The notes: generated by a model not told the origin, from the letters alone. Counted from the first letter of the stretch, positions 29,526-39,962 are shown. The stretch: DNA of 64,000 nucleotides from Candidatus Marinacidobacterales bacterium (GCA_965226495.1 OZ245365.1:4224001-4288000), one strand, 5' to 3'. Translations and numbers: made by a program.

Positions 29526-30212
29526 CTAGCCCAAAGTCTTGCGCGCCCGTCGAAAGACGCGGTGAAACATGGCTCGGGTGAGCCTCCCGGTGAAAGTGTT
29601 TTGTTGGCTCGGATGATAACTACCGAGGAGCAAGAGGCCGCCTTCCAGTGTGGTTGCGCTACCGTGACCGAACTGCGGCCGCGGCTTCCCCGTCGGATGC
29701 CCCGCCTCTTGCCAGGCACCGAGAAACGCGTCGAAACCGATACGGCCGAGCGCGATGACCACCTGCACTCGAGTGAGCAGAGCGAGCTCCGCGACCAGGT
29801 AGGGTCGGCAACGGTTGAACTCTTCTCGCGTGGGTTTGTTGCCCGGAGGCGCACATCGTGCCGCCGCGCTGATGAAGGTGTCTTGTAGCTCGAGCCCATC
29901 GTTCCGGTCGACCGAGCTCGCTTGATTCGCAAAACCGAATCGATGCAGGGCCTCATAGAGCCAGTCGCCACTTCTATCGCCGGTGAACATCCTTCCGGTC
30001 CGATTCGCCCCGTGGGCCGCTGGAGCCAGTCCGACTATGAGAAGCCGGGCGCGCGCATCTCCGAAGCTGGGCACCGGCCTGCCCCAGTACTCCTGGGTGG
30101 CGAAACGGCGCGTCTTGACACCCGCAATGTGCTCCCGGTGATCCACCAGTCGAGGGCAAAGTCGGCAACCGATGATCTTTCGTTCCAGCTCGGCGAGAGA
30201 CTCTTCCTTCAT
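29526..30212 (-). CDS. udgB: uracil-DNA glycosylase family 5
   Basis: CRLCPRL, GLAPAAHGANRTGRMFTGD, YHPSQQN. Confidence 0.9.
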   Translation of the reverse strand: MKEESLAELERKIIGCRLCPRLVDHREHIAGVKTRRFATQEYWGRPVPSFGDARARLLIVGLAPAAHGANRTGRMFTGDRSGDWLYEALHRFGFANQASSVDRNDGLELQDTFISAAARCAPPGNKPTREEFNRCRPYLVAELALLTRVQVVIALGRIGFDAFLGAWQEAGHPTGKPRPQFGHGSATTLEGGLLLLGSYHPSQQNTFTGRLTRAMFHRVFRRARKTLG

Positions 30213-30288
30213 AAACCTGCGTTATCTTAACGCCGGGCAACGGCCAGTTGAAGTGGGAAGGCATTTTAGGCGAAGCTCGCTAAGGCAG

Positions 30289-31084
30289 ATGAGTGAATCG
30301 TCCGATAAATGGAGCGAAGACGACTCGGCGCTTTACCGAGAGCTCGCCTCGGTCGCCGTTCCCGCACGTGAGGATCAAATCGCAACCGTCTTGACGCTCT
30401 TGCCGTTCGCACCTGACGACGCATTCCGTGCGGTGGAGATCGGCTCGGGGCCGGGAACTTTGAGTTACGCGATACTCGATTGCTTCCCCGTGGCAACGGT
30501 GGTTGCGCTCGACGGCTCGGAAAGCATGAGAGCTCACGCCAGGACCCGGCTGAGCTCTTTCGGTGACCGGTTCTCGGTCCAAGCGTTCGAGCTCGGCGCA
30601 ACCGAGTGGCATCGTTATCTGGACTCCGCGGACGCGGTCGTCTCTTCTCTGTGCATCCATCACCTTTCTGGAGAAGGCAAGCGGCGATCTTTACACGTCA
30701 ATCTTTCAGAGAATCTCGTCGCGAGGAGCGCTCGTAATCGCCGACCTCGTGGAACCTCAACTACCTCAGGGGCGTGAGGTCTTCGCAGCGGGCTGGGATC
30801 GTGCTGCGAAGCAGCGGGCCGATGGGCGCTCTGGAACACTCTTCGAGCGCTTCGTGAAGGAAGAGTGGAACTATTATCGTTTCCCCGATCCGAGTGACCG
30901 CCCCTCGCCCCTGATCGACCAACTGGTCTGGTTGAAGGAAGCGGGATTCGAGGTGGTCGATTGCTTCTGGGTCCAGGCCGGCCATGCCATTTTCGGCGGC
31001 TACAAGTCGCCTCCCCCTACGGACGCCCTCCGATTTTCCGATGCACTCCAATCTGCGCAAAAGGCTTCTAACAAAACAACTTAA
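30289..31084 (+). pseudogene. class I SAM methyltransferase, frameshifted near 30688
   Basis: VEIGSGPG..CIHHL in one frame, continuing as LYTSIFQR..GALVIAD in the next. Confidence 0.75.
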
Positions 31085-31102
31085 CCGCCGTCGACCCGGC
31101 GT

Positions 31103-31250
31103 CACAACCTGGGGTCCACAACCTGGGGTCAGATCCGGTTTTGTCGCAGAGGTCGGATCCGAAATTGTGCAGGCACAGCACTACGTGCGTGGGGGCGCTA
31201 GAATACGGCGGTGCTATCAATCAACGTGGCCAGGCGCCGGATCTGACCCC
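31103..31250. repeat. MITE/REP-like element
   Basis: Tandem cacaacctggggtc x2 (31103-31130); perfect 14-bp IR ggggtcagatccgg (31125-31138) / ccggatctgacccc (31237-31250). Confidence 0.7.
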
Positions 31251-31381
31251 CTGTTATGTGCGTTTGGAGCGCCATTTGCGTTTTCGTCTTCAGGTGCTTA
31301 ATCTGGTGGCAGGTAATCAGCGCGCCCCAAAGGTCGGGCCCAACCCGCCTCTAACTGTTCTCTTTCAGGAGAAGAAGTCTC

Positions 31382-32869
31382 GTGGATCTCGTGGGTCAAT
31401 TACTGGGGTCGTATCGCCTCCAGGCGCTGATCGGTCAAGGCGGCACCGCGGAGGTCTATTCCGCTCAGCACCCCTCTTTACACCGGCAGGTCGCGGTCAA
31501 GGTTCTGGCCAAGGAAATCAGCGAAGACCCCGACTGGGTGCGAAGATTTCGCCAAGAAGTGACCCTTTTGGGGCGGCTCGACCATCCGAACATCCTCCCG
31601 ATTTACGACACCGGAGAGTTCGACGGGCGCCCGTTCTTCGTCATGAAGTATGTCGAGAACAGCGAGACGCTGCGCCAGCAACTCAACGGCACTCCGTGGC
31701 CGCTCGACCGTGCGATCGGGGTACTACCGCAGGTTGCGGAGGCGCTGCATGCGGCACATGAAGCCGGCGTCGTACACCGGGACGTCAAACCCTCGAACAT
31801 CCTAGTGACGCCGGACCTACAGTGCCTGGTTTTCGATTTCGGGATTGCGAAACCCTTAGAGCGCCGGGATCCTGTGACCGGAAAGGGCCTCATTATCGGC
31901 ACCCCGGAGTACATGTCGCCTGAGCAGTGCCAGGGGGGCGCAATCGATCACCGCACCGATATCTACTCATTGGGTATCTTGGCCTACGAGTTGTTCACCG
32001 GTGACGTTCCCTTCACCGGGGAGACCGCGGTCAGCATTCTGATGAGACACGTCACCGAGCCTCTACCCGTCCCGAGCAAGGAGCTAGCCCTACCGCCGGC
32101 TCTCATTCGTGTCCTCGAACGCGCAACGGCTTCGTCCCCCGACGATCGCTACACCTCTGCTCGAGAGATGGGTCGGGCCATCCTCCGCGCGGCGGAAGGC
32201 TCTCCGACCGTCACCGTCCGCTCGCAGGCACTCGGAGAAACCATGTCCCGGTGGCGGCGACGCGCCCCTCGGATCAGCGGCCGTGCCGCTCTTTTTTTCT
32301 TCTCCGCCGTTGCGCTGGGGGTTGCGGGGACGATCGTGGTTGAAAGCCGATTACCCGCCGCGGCCCACCCACCGCCGACGAGACAGACCCAGGCTCAGTC
32401 CGGCGCCGATCTTTCGGGAAGGCAGGCGGCCCCCGACGAGGGTCGCCAACCTACAGAGAAACCCTTCATCCCTCCGCGCGAGAATCGGGTCTTCAACAAG
32501 AGTGGCGAGACTAGCGTCGGGCCGAACGAAAGCAACCGAGAAAGCGAAAGGGAGCGCCGCACCGGTGTCGGCGCCCCGGTTTTCAAGCCTGCCGCCACGA
32601 ACACAGTGGATCTCGAGCCACCGCGACGATGGGAAGGCTTCCTCACCGACAGCAACTGCACCGAAAAGGGAGGGCAGCAAGGCGAGCTACACGTGAGATG
32701 CGCCGAACGCTGCATTCGCGAAGGCGCGCAACCGATGCTCTACTCTCGCGGAAAACTCTACCGGATTGAAGGATTCTCAAACATCACAGTCAGTCGTGGA
32801 GAACCGATATCCTTCAAGGGTTGGTTGAATTCCCAAACCAACGCCATTACGGCAGCTCCCGATCAGTAA
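31382..32869 (+). CDS. membrane Ser/Thr protein kinase
   Basis: VAVK, HRDVKPSN, DFG, GTPEYMSPE; TM plus a Cys-containing external domain. Confidence 0.93.
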   Translation: MDLVGQLLGSYRLQALIGQGGTAEVYSAQHPSLHRQVAVKVLAKEISEDPDWVRRFRQEVTLLGRLDHPNILPIYDTGEFDGRPFFVMKYVENSETLRQQLNGTPWPLDRAIGVLPQVAEALHAAHEAGVVHRDVKPSNILVTPDLQCLVFDFGIAKPLERRDPVTGKGLIIGTPEYMSPEQCQGGAIDHRTDIYSLGILAYELFTGDVPFTGETAVSILMRHVTEPLPVPSKELALPPALIRVLERATASSPDDRYTSAREMGRAILRAAEGSPTVTVRSQALGETMSRWRRRAPRISGRAALFFFSAVALGVAGTIVVESRLPAAAHPPPTRQTQAQSGADLSGRQAAPDEGRQPTEKPFIPPRENRVFNKSGETSVGPNESNRESERERRTGVGAPVFKPAATNTVDLEPPRRWEGFLTDSNCTEKGGQQGELHVRCAERCIREGAQPMLYSRGKLYRIEGFSNITVSRGEPISFKGWLNSQTNAITAAPDQ

Positions 32870-32872
32870 AGA

Positions 32873-34105
32873 CTAAAACGCGAGCTCCGCCTGCAGCCCG
32901 ACCAGATTCGGACGACTCTGGTTTCTAAACCCAAGCTCCAACGTCAATTTGAAGTTGGAGTGGATCCACACCATGACCCCCGGGAACACACCGACAAAAG
33001 TCTCGTTGGGCAACGCCGTTTGGCCGGGCGGCCGGTTTACGAGATCGATCCGGGTGGAGAGGTTCAGGAAATCACGGACGAAGTAGTTTGACTGCAGGAA
33101 TCCGCCGGTGAAGCCGAGAGTCTCGCCGCTTCCATCGGGGTTCGCCGCATCGGCGACGGAGTTGGTGTTACGGCCGTACGTGAATACGCCATATAGATTC
33201 CAATCACCGAAGTAAAAGGAGCCGTCTAAACCAAGCCTCAGCAGATCGCTCTCCCAAACGAGAACCTGATTCGGAATTTCGCGAGCCAGAGTATTGCTGG
33301 CAAGGTACGCAAACAGCCCGGCCCGATTTTCGCCGAAATAGTGAGCGAAACGACCATAGGCGGCGGGATCGAACCCTTCATTTACACCAGCGAATTCCTC
33401 CGCGCTCCGGGTGTCGACCAGGCTCACCGACCAGTGAGTCTCGTCGTCGAGGAAGCCGCCGACTTCGGCTCCGTCGTGATGCTCGCCGATGTTATCGACC
33501 TCGAAGCCGGTGTTCGCGAAATAGATGTCGTATCCGAAAAGGTTGGGCGTCCGAGCCTGCGAAAAGGGCAGATCGAGCTCTATCCTCCCTCCTCGGACAT
33601 AAAGATCCTCCGGTAGGATATCGACGCGTAGCCAGGCGTTGTCCATCCCCACACGACGGAAGCCGTCTCCGTCCACCGTCCAGTTGTAGTCGAACCAATA
33701 GGCGACGTGGGAACCGATGCTGCCGGCGCTGATCACGTCGATGAAACCCTCGGTCGTTGCGTCCCCATCTTCGACGAACGTCTGATTCACCCCGGCCCGC
33801 AAACTGACCGGCACCGACTTCAGCCACTCGTTGACGGGATTCGTTTCGTCCTCCAGCCGGAAACCACGGTCGCGGAACCGCTGGCCGATCGGACTCAACT
33901 GGGGGTACCCGTCGTGGCAAAAGTGACAGGGGACATCGTATTGACGAGTAAAGGCGGGTATCGCGCCGACGGGCGGAGCTACCGACGAAGCCACGAGAAC
34001 CAGCAGCACCATCCGAAGAATGGCCCAGTGGTTCCTGGTTGGAAGGATGACATCCCCTCCCGCGGAGGCCGTGCTCCGCCACTGCAATTTTCTTTGTCTA
34101 TTCAC
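32873..34105 (-). CDS. Cyc2-like monoheme cytochrome-porin
   Basis: AIPAFTRQY..CHFCH..PQL after a signal peptide; beta-barrel-like body ending in Phe; start uncertain. Confidence 0.75.
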   Translation of the reverse strand: MNRQRKLQWRSTASAGGDVILPTRNHWAILRMVLLVLVASSVAPPVGAIPAFTRQYDVPCHFCHDGYPQLSPIGQRFRDRGFRLEDETNPVNEWLKSVPVSLRAGVNQTFVEDGDATTEGFIDVISAGSIGSHVAYWFDYNWTVDGDGFRRVGMDNAWLRVDILPEDLYVRGGRIELDLPFSQARTPNLFGYDIYFANTGFEVDNIGEHHDGAEVGGFLDDETHWSVSLVDTRSAEEFAGVNEGFDPAAYGRFAHYFGENRAGLFAYLASNTLAREIPNQVLVWESDLLRLGLDGSFYFGDWNLYGVFTYGRNTNSVADAANPDGSGETLGFTGGFLQSNYFVRDFLNLSTRIDLVNRPPGQTALPNETFVGVFPGVMVWIHSNFKLTLELGFRNQSRPNLVGLQAELAF

Positions 34106-34272
34106 GCGATCCTTCTCAAAAGAAGGAGGTTGTTAGGTTAGTTTGGACTGGAAACCATCCTATGATTATAGCAGGTCGCTCTCGAAAAAAGGGGCACCGG
34201 GGACCCTATGTGCCGGGCGCGTTTGCAGAACCGGCCCTGCTGAGACACAATCCCGCCAACCGGAGGGTGCCA

Positions 34273-34707
34273 ATGAGTTTATTGAAAATCGCGAGTGTCC
34301 CCGCAGGTACTGTGTCCCCCCAATCGGCAGTTACCGAGGCCGTCCAGCGGATGAACGACAAAAGGGTGGGCGCGGTGGCCGTGGTCGAGAACGACGAGCT
34401 CGTGGGAATATTCACGGAACGGGACGTCATGATCCGCGTCGTCCTAGCGGGCAAAGACCCCAAGACAACCACCATGTCGGACGTCATGACACGGGATGTC
34501 GAGACGGCGCCGGCAGACATGCCCTATGGCGATTGTTTGCGCCTCATGGTGGAGCGACATTTCCGGCATCTGCCAATCATCGACTCCGACAACCACGTCC
34601 TTGGGGTACTATCCGTTCGGGATATGCTCCAGCACGCGGTCGACGATCTGAGTACCCAGCTCGATTCGATGGTTAAGTACTTTAGCGCCGACGGCCCGGG
34701 AGGTTAG
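34273..34707 (+). CDS. tandem CBS-domain protein
   Basis: GIFTERD, FRHLPI; RBS GGAGG before ATG 34273. Confidence 0.9.
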   Translation: MSLLKIASVPAGTVSPQSAVTEAVQRMNDKRVGAVAVVENDELVGIFTERDVMIRVVLAGKDPKTTTMSDVMTRDVETAPADMPYGDCLRLMVERHFRHLPIIDSDNHVLGVLSVRDMLQHAVDDLSTQLDSMVKYFSADGPGG

Positions 34708-34796
34708 CGACGAGATAAACACGATCCGCTCGAAGCCACACCCTTCCACCGCCCCGCCTCGTTTTGCACGATGGTTTTGCCCAATTGGAGGTTCGC

Positions 34797-35219
34797 TTGA
34801 AGAGCCACACTATCCATCTCACCATGAATGTTCCGGCCCGCATGGACTTCGTCAACATCACAAGAGATGTCGAGAAGGCGGTCATCGAGAGCGGCGTTCA
34901 GGAAGGTCTATGCTTGGTCAACGCCATGCATATCACGGCGTCGGTTTTCATCAATGACGACGAGCCCGGCCTGCACGAAGATTACAAACGTTGGCTCGAG
35001 TGGCTTGCTCCTTTCGACGCGAGCCCCGAGAAGTACCATCACAACCGTACCGGCGAGGACAACGGCGATGCTCACCACAAGCGTCAAGTCATGGGCCGAG
35101 AAGTCGTGGTGGCCGTCACCCACGGCAAGCTCGACTTCGGCCCGTGGGAACAGATCTTCTACGGCGAGTTCGATGGCCGCCGACCGAAGCGGCTCCTCGT
35201 CAAGATCATCGGCGAGTGA
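34797..35219 (+). CDS. yjbQ: YjbQ/UPF0047 family protein
   Basis: [23 protein letters not shown]. Confidence 0.9.
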   Translation: MKSHTIHLTMNVPARMDFVNITRDVEKAVIESGVQEGLCLVNAMHITASVFINDDEPGLHEDYKRWLEWLAPFDASPEKYHHNRTGEDNGDAHHKRQVMGREVVVAVTHGKLDFGPWEQIFYGEFDGRRPKRLLVKIIGE

Positions 35220-35221
35220 GG

Positions 35222-36523
35222 TGTAAACACGGTAAAACCGGGGTACATAGGTTACAGGTGTCCGGGCACATGGGTGACACTTTCTCCATCCCTAAAGGAG
35301 GAGGATGGATGCCCTGGCTGGAGACCAACCCTATGCTCGAAAGACGTCACTTTATCCACGATTTTAGCAGCGAACACTGGACGATGACGGAGCTGTGCCT
35401 CCGCTACAGTATCAGCCGGAACACCGGCTACAAGTGGCTTAATCGGTACCGCCAGAGCGGAGCCAGCGGGCTCCACGACCACAGTAGGGCACCGCGCTCG
35501 TGTCCCCATCAGACTCCGGACGAGCTCGTGGAATTGATTCTGGAGGAGAACCGTCGCTATGGATGGGGCGCCCGAAAGGTGCTGAAACGACTCCGGAAGC
35601 GTTTTCCGGACCGGGCCTGGCCCGCCCGCAGCACGGTCTTCGACATTCTCGAGCGGCATGGCCGCGTCCGCTCTCGGCGGCACCACCGACGATGGAAACA
35701 TCCCGGCGCCGCTCCCTTCAACACCACCGCACCCAACCAGATTTGGACCGTCGATTTCAAGGGCCAGTTCCGTATGCGCAACGGCCTCTACTGCTACCCC
35801 TTGACCATCGTCGACCACTTCAGCCGCTATCTGCTCTGCTGCTACGGACTCCCCGACGTGCGCGGAAAAGCTGTCAAGAGCCAGTTCCTGTCCTTGTTTC
35901 GTCAACATGGACTTCCCGATGCCATCCGCAGTGACAACGGCTCCCCGTTTGCCTCCACAGGTATTCACGGCCTCAGTCGGTTGAACGTTTGGTGGCTCCA
36001 GCTCGGGATCACCCATCAGAGAATCAATCCAGGCAATCCTCAGCAGAATGGTGCTCATGAACGCATGCACAGAACTCTCAAAGCGCGCGCCACCAAACCA
36101 CCCGCTGCCAATTTCAACATCCAGCAGCGCGTGTTTAACGACTTCCGCAAAACCTACAACGACATTCGACCTCACGAGGCTATCGATGACGAAACACCCG
36201 CTTCACGTTGGACTCCATCAACACGCCTCTATCCAGAACAGATCACACCACCTGAGTATCCCGGCCATGTTGAAGTCCGACGCGTCAGCAACGCCGGTAC
36301 CTTCCGACTCCACTCAGGGCAACATTTCCTCTCACAGGCGCTCAACGGCGAATACATCGCGCTCGAGGAAGTACAAGACGCCATCTGGAACATCCTCTAC
36401 TACGACACTCTACTCGGACGTTTCGACGAACGAAACAAAACCATCACCGGGGCACCCTCTCTCCGTGGAAAGTGTTAACCATGTCCCCGGACGTTCTGTT
36501 AGCTATGTTCCCGGTTGCTCACA
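35222..36523 (+). mobile_element. IS481-family insertion sequence
   Basis: 5'-TGT...ACA-3' ends with imperfect ~55-bp IRs (aaccgggtacataggttaca../..tgttagctatgttcccggtt); no clear TSD. Confidence 0.88.
35309..36478 (+). CDS. IS481-family DDE transposase
   Basis: HTH, WTVDFKG, SDNGSPF, QNGAHER, RPHEA. Confidence 0.93.
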   Translation: MPWLETNPMLERRHFIHDFSSEHWTMTELCLRYSISRNTGYKWLNRYRQSGASGLHDHSRAPRSCPHQTPDELVELILEENRRYGWGARKVLKRLRKRFPDRAWPARSTVFDILERHGRVRSRRHHRRWKHPGAAPFNTTAPNQIWTVDFKGQFRMRNGLYCYPLTIVDHFSRYLLCCYGLPDVRGKAVKSQFLSLFRQHGLPDAIRSDNGSPFASTGIHGLSRLNVWWLQLGITHQRINPGNPQQNGAHERMHRTLKARATKPPAANFNIQQRVFNDFRKTYNDIRPHEAIDDETPASRWTPSTRLYPEQITPPEYPGHVEVRRVSNAGTFRLHSGQHFLSQALNGEYIALEEVQDAIWNILYYDTLLGRFDERNKTITGAPSLRGKC

Positions 36524-36524
36524 C

Positions 36525-36559
36525 AAAGGGCGCACGACCCTCGGCCGTGCGCCCTCTTT
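36525..36559. terminator. hairpin terminator between convergent units
   Basis: agggcgcacg-loop-cgtgcgccct flanked by A and T runs. Confidence 0.65.
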
Positions 36560-36586
36560 CGATTTGTAGTTGGCTGGGCTGCTACC

Positions 36587-37180
36587 TCAAGCCTTGCGTA
36601 GCTGCTTTACGGCGAGTACCACTAGAACCAACGCCAGGAGCAACAGGCCGATCATAAGCCCCGGGCTCATGCCGCCGCCGGAATCCATAGCGGCCGCCTC
36701 CGCGGTTTCCGCAGACTCCACCATTTCCTCGACGGGGTCGTCCGACGACTCATCCTCGCCCCCCATGGACTCGACCATTCCCCCGGCCGCTTCCGTCACC
36801 GCCTCGGCGGCTTGGGTCACCGCCTCCGCGACATCGGCGGGTGCATCGCTATCCTCCACGGTGAGGGTTGCCACATCTTCCTCTGCGATGTCCTGAGGCG
36901 CCCCGACGGTGCGAAGTCTCACGCTAGTGAGCTGATGGCCCGCACGAAGCTCGCGCACCGTGATCTCTTGGCCTTCGTGGTTGAACTTGAAGTCATAAGG
37001 CACGACGTACGTCCTGACGCCCTCGCCCTCGACCCGCACCACGACGGTATTGTTGAGTACGCGCAACACCTCACCCTTTTTGATCTCGACGACTGTTGTG
37101 TCTTGCGCTGCGACGGTGTGGGTGAAACCCACCACTAGTACAATCACTAGTGCCGCAGCGAAACTTGCTGTTTTTTTCAT
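36587..37180 (-). CDS. exported protein with acidic linker and C-terminal membrane anchor
   Basis: Signal peptide, small beta-rich domain, A/E-rich linker, TM plus basic tail. Confidence 0.75.
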   Translation of the reverse strand: MKKTASFAAALVIVLVVGFTHTVAAQDTTVVEIKKGEVLRVLNNTVVVRVEGEGVRTYVVPYDFKFNHEGQEITVRELRAGHQLTSVRLRTVGAPQDIAEEDVATLTVEDSDAPADVAEAVTQAAEAVTEAAGGMVESMGGEDESSDDPVEEMVESAETAEAAAMDSGGGMSPGLMIGLLLLALVLVVLAVKQLRKA

Positions 37181-37355
37181 TGCTTCCTCCTATAGAAACC
37201 CATGTGTGAATATACCAGTCGTGACGTCGATGCAAGTGCGGAGGGTTCGCGGCTAACGCAAGGACCGTGCGACTTTCCCATCAGGGTCTGATGTGCTAGC
37301 TTCACCGCGTCATTTCTCAATACTCTCGTTTCGACAGCGTGAACCTTTGGTTGCC

Positions 37356-38612
37356 GTGAAAAAGAAGGGAGTTCCAATAGGTCCTGCGGCACTGGTGTGC
37401 CTGCTCCTCTTCGCCGCGTCGAGCTGTTCGCCGCGTCGCGGAACGATCGTCGTCACACCCGACACGAAACGGGAAGCGATCGCCGGCAAGCTTGCCGCTC
37501 TTCTTCACGAGGTAAGAGGCTTCGAGCTCCGGCTCATCGAAGGCGAAGGCTCGGTCCGTAATCTTGATTTGCTCCGCCGGGGGGAGGCAGACCTAGCCAT
37601 CGTCGAGAACAGCGTGCCCTTCGAACGAGGTATCCGCACCGTCGTCCCGCTTTACCCGAGTGTGCTTCATATCCTGCACAGAAAAGGTGAGAACCCGCAG
37701 AACTTCCGAGAGCTGGTGCAGGGCAAGCGTGTGTACGTCGGTGCCCGGGGTGGATTGTCGGAGTGGATCGTAGAGCTCATTCGTCGCAACGCCGACATTT
37801 CGTCGGAGGCCTTCACCATCGTCGACGATGTCGATGAGGATAACCCCGACGTCATCATTGTCTTCGCCATGCTCGATCCCGGGTTCTCCGACGAGATTGC
37901 GGACGGCTACGAGTTCTACAGCATCGATCGGGCCGAGGATCTCGGGCGAGGCGCTACGACCGACGGCCTGTCCATTCTCTTCCCGCACTTGAAACCCTTC
38001 ATCATTCCGAGAAGATTCTACGGCGAGGGCAATCCGGAACCGGTGGTCACGGTGAGCGTGGACAACTTCTTGGTCGCGCGCGCCAGTATTCCTGACGTCG
38101 AGATCTACGATTTGACGAAGACGATCCTAGAGCACAAGCAAGAGCTAGCTACCGTCAGCCGCGTCGTGGCCAGTGCCGTCACCGGCGACTTCGATGAGAA
38201 CGCGCTGACTTTCCCTCTCCACCCTGGTGCGCGGAAATACCTCGACCGAAACGAACCCGGGCTCTTGGAGCGTTACGCCGAACTGGCCGGGGTCTCGTTC
38301 ACGGTGTTCCTCGCAGGCGCCAGTGGGCTCATCGCTTTGGCGCGGTGGAGAAGGCGCCGCAAGAAAGATCGCATCGACGTCTATTACGCGGCGGTGATCG
38401 AGCAACGGGCTGCCGGGTTGCAGGCCGAGTCCCCACCGGCACTCGACACCGCGGCCGCCAAGATACGGAAGTTGCAGGACGAAGCCTTCGAACTTCTCAT
38501 CAACGAGCGGCTGGCCGCCGACGAGAGCTTTCGGATATTCGTGACTCTAGCGCAGGATGCGAAAGAAGAGCTCAGGCAGCATAGGGATACACTAGCCCGG
38601 GGCGAGCACTAA
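37356..38612 (+). CDS. TAXI-family TRAP solute-binding protein with C-terminal TM
   Basis: GSVRNL, PLYP, FPLHPGA; start uncertain. Confidence 0.8.
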   Translation: MKKKGVPIGPAALVCLLLFAASSCSPRRGTIVVTPDTKREAIAGKLAALLHEVRGFELRLIEGEGSVRNLDLLRRGEADLAIVENSVPFERGIRTVVPLYPSVLHILHRKGENPQNFRELVQGKRVYVGARGGLSEWIVELIRRNADISSEAFTIVDDVDEDNPDVIIVFAMLDPGFSDEIADGYEFYSIDRAEDLGRGATTDGLSILFPHLKPFIIPRRFYGEGNPEPVVTVSVDNFLVARASIPDVEIYDLTKTILEHKQELATVSRVVASAVTGDFDENALTFPLHPGARKYLDRNEPGLLERYAELAGVSFTVFLAGASGLIALARWRRRRKKDRIDVYYAAVIEQRAAGLQAESPPALDTAAAKIRKLQDEAFELLINERLAADESFRIFVTLAQDAKEELRQHRDTLARGEH

Positions 38613-38621
38613 CGTCTTCTC

Positions 38622-39155
38622 TTAAGGCTCGATGAGGCTCGGAAGGGTCTTCGCGTGCTCGATCCAGCGTGCGACCGTTCCCGAGCTCGGGACAGTTCGG
38701 GTTCGAGCGTCCCGAGCATTCACCTCCGCCATCCGCGACGCCAGCTTTTCGGCGTCTTCACCAGCGAGATCCTGTACCGACGGAACACCGGAGGCCTCCA
38801 GAAGCTCGGAGAACTGGACCCGAACTCCGGCGACTCGCATGAGATCGGCCATCCTCGTCCATTGAGTGATGGCTTCGTCGTCGACACTAATGCTTCCGGC
38901 GATCGACTTTCTCTCCCCGGCGGTTCGACCTCGGTCGACAAGGTCTTGAGTCGTCTCGATTCCCATGTCCCGGAGTCTCTTGCCGAAAGCAGGCCCGATG
39001 CCCTCGATGTCCTCGATGGCGTAGGTGGTCGACGCGTCTTCCACGTCCTCAGCCGTTTGCCCGGACACATTGCCGCGCAGAAACCAACCCAGCACGAAGC
39101 CAATGGCCGCGGCCACTAGAAGACAAATCAGCATCTGCGTGATCAAGTACGTCAT
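38622..39155 (-). CDS. DUF4332-like HhH protein with N-terminal TM
   Basis: IEDIEGIGP, ADLMRVAGV..SELLEASGV. Confidence 0.8.
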   Translation of the reverse strand: MTYLITQMLICLLVAAAIGFVLGWFLRGNVSGQTAEDVEDASTTYAIEDIEGIGPAFGKRLRDMGIETTQDLVDRGRTAGERKSIAGSISVDDEAITQWTRMADLMRVAGVRVQFSELLEASGVPSVQDLAGEDAEKLASRMAEVNARDARTRTVPSSGTVARWIEHAKTLPSLIEP

Positions 39156-39157
39156 GG

Positions 39158-39841
39158 TTAGTTCCCTCTTACGATGAACTCGATACGCCGATTCTTCGCT
39201 TGACCGGCGGCGTTCTCATTGTCCGCGGCGGGCCGCGTCTCCCCGTAACCGACCGCCGACAACCGCTCCTGGGCCACGCCACTGCCGGCCAGGTATGCAG
39301 TCACCGCTTCGGCCCGAGCCTGGCTGAGGCGCAGATTGAAATCGGCGCCCCCGCGGGAATCGGCATGGCCCGCCACTTCGATGCGTGCGCCCGGACATCG
39401 ATTCGCCAACGCCACGAGCTCGTCGAGCAACGTGAATCTGTCGGCGTGGATTTCCGCGCTCGCCGTTGCGAAAAGGATTGTTCGGTCCGCCAGCAGCTCG
39501 TTGAAGAGGTTTTGGCAAGAAACGGCGTCCACGACGGGTGCCTCGGTCGGCGCCTCCGGCTCGGCGACGCCGATCCGGTCCTCTACCTTGCGAACACCCC
39601 AGACCCCACCCGCCAGGGCCACCGCTCCGCTTTGTGCCTCATCGCTCGGCGCCGCGCCCTCCAGCACGACATCGCGACCGTCGACGCCAACAACGGCCCA
39701 ATCCATCGACGCTTCTGTGAGCCCGTCGCCGACTCGTGCACGGATGTCTTCTTCAATGGCCGGCGCGCGAGAGGCAATGCACAGCCAGGAAAGGAGAACG
39801 AGCGCTATCAGACCAAGCGAAACTGTAAGTGCTTTCTTCAT
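39158..39841 (-). CDS. BON plus OmpA-family protein
   Basis: VDGRDVVLEG; GHAD, NLRLSQARA, NRRIEF. Confidence 0.9.
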   Translation of the reverse strand: MKKALTVSLGLIALVLLSWLCIASRAPAIEEDIRARVGDGLTEASMDWAVVGVDGRDVVLEGAAPSDEAQSGAVALAGGVWGVRKVEDRIGVAEPEAPTEAPVVDAVSCQNLFNELLADRTILFATASAEIHADRFTLLDELVALANRCPGARIEVAGHADSRGGADFNLRLSQARAEAVTAYLAGSGVAQERLSAVGYGETRPAADNENAAGQAKNRRIEFIVRGN

Positions 39842-39932
39842 GAAGACTCCGGAGTAGCAGCGACCTCCTTCCTAAAGTAGGTGGGGGGGGATGTCAAGCA
39901 CTTTCGCATTAGAAGGGCATACGGACGTCAGG

Positions 39933-39962
39933 TTGACAGCGTCATTCGGCGAGTGCTATAGA
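39933..39962 (+). promoter_or_regulatory. sigma-70-like promoter
   Basis: TTGACA-18nt-TATAGA with extended TG, 10 nt before the ATG. Confidence 0.5.

Noticed and set aside
34991-35308. N-terminal extension of the transposase ORF
   Set aside because: Overlaps yjbQ and the IS end; the RBS supports ATG 35309.
36587-36700. Sortase/exosortase signal
   Set aside because: TM and basic tail are present, but no LPxTG or PEP motif.
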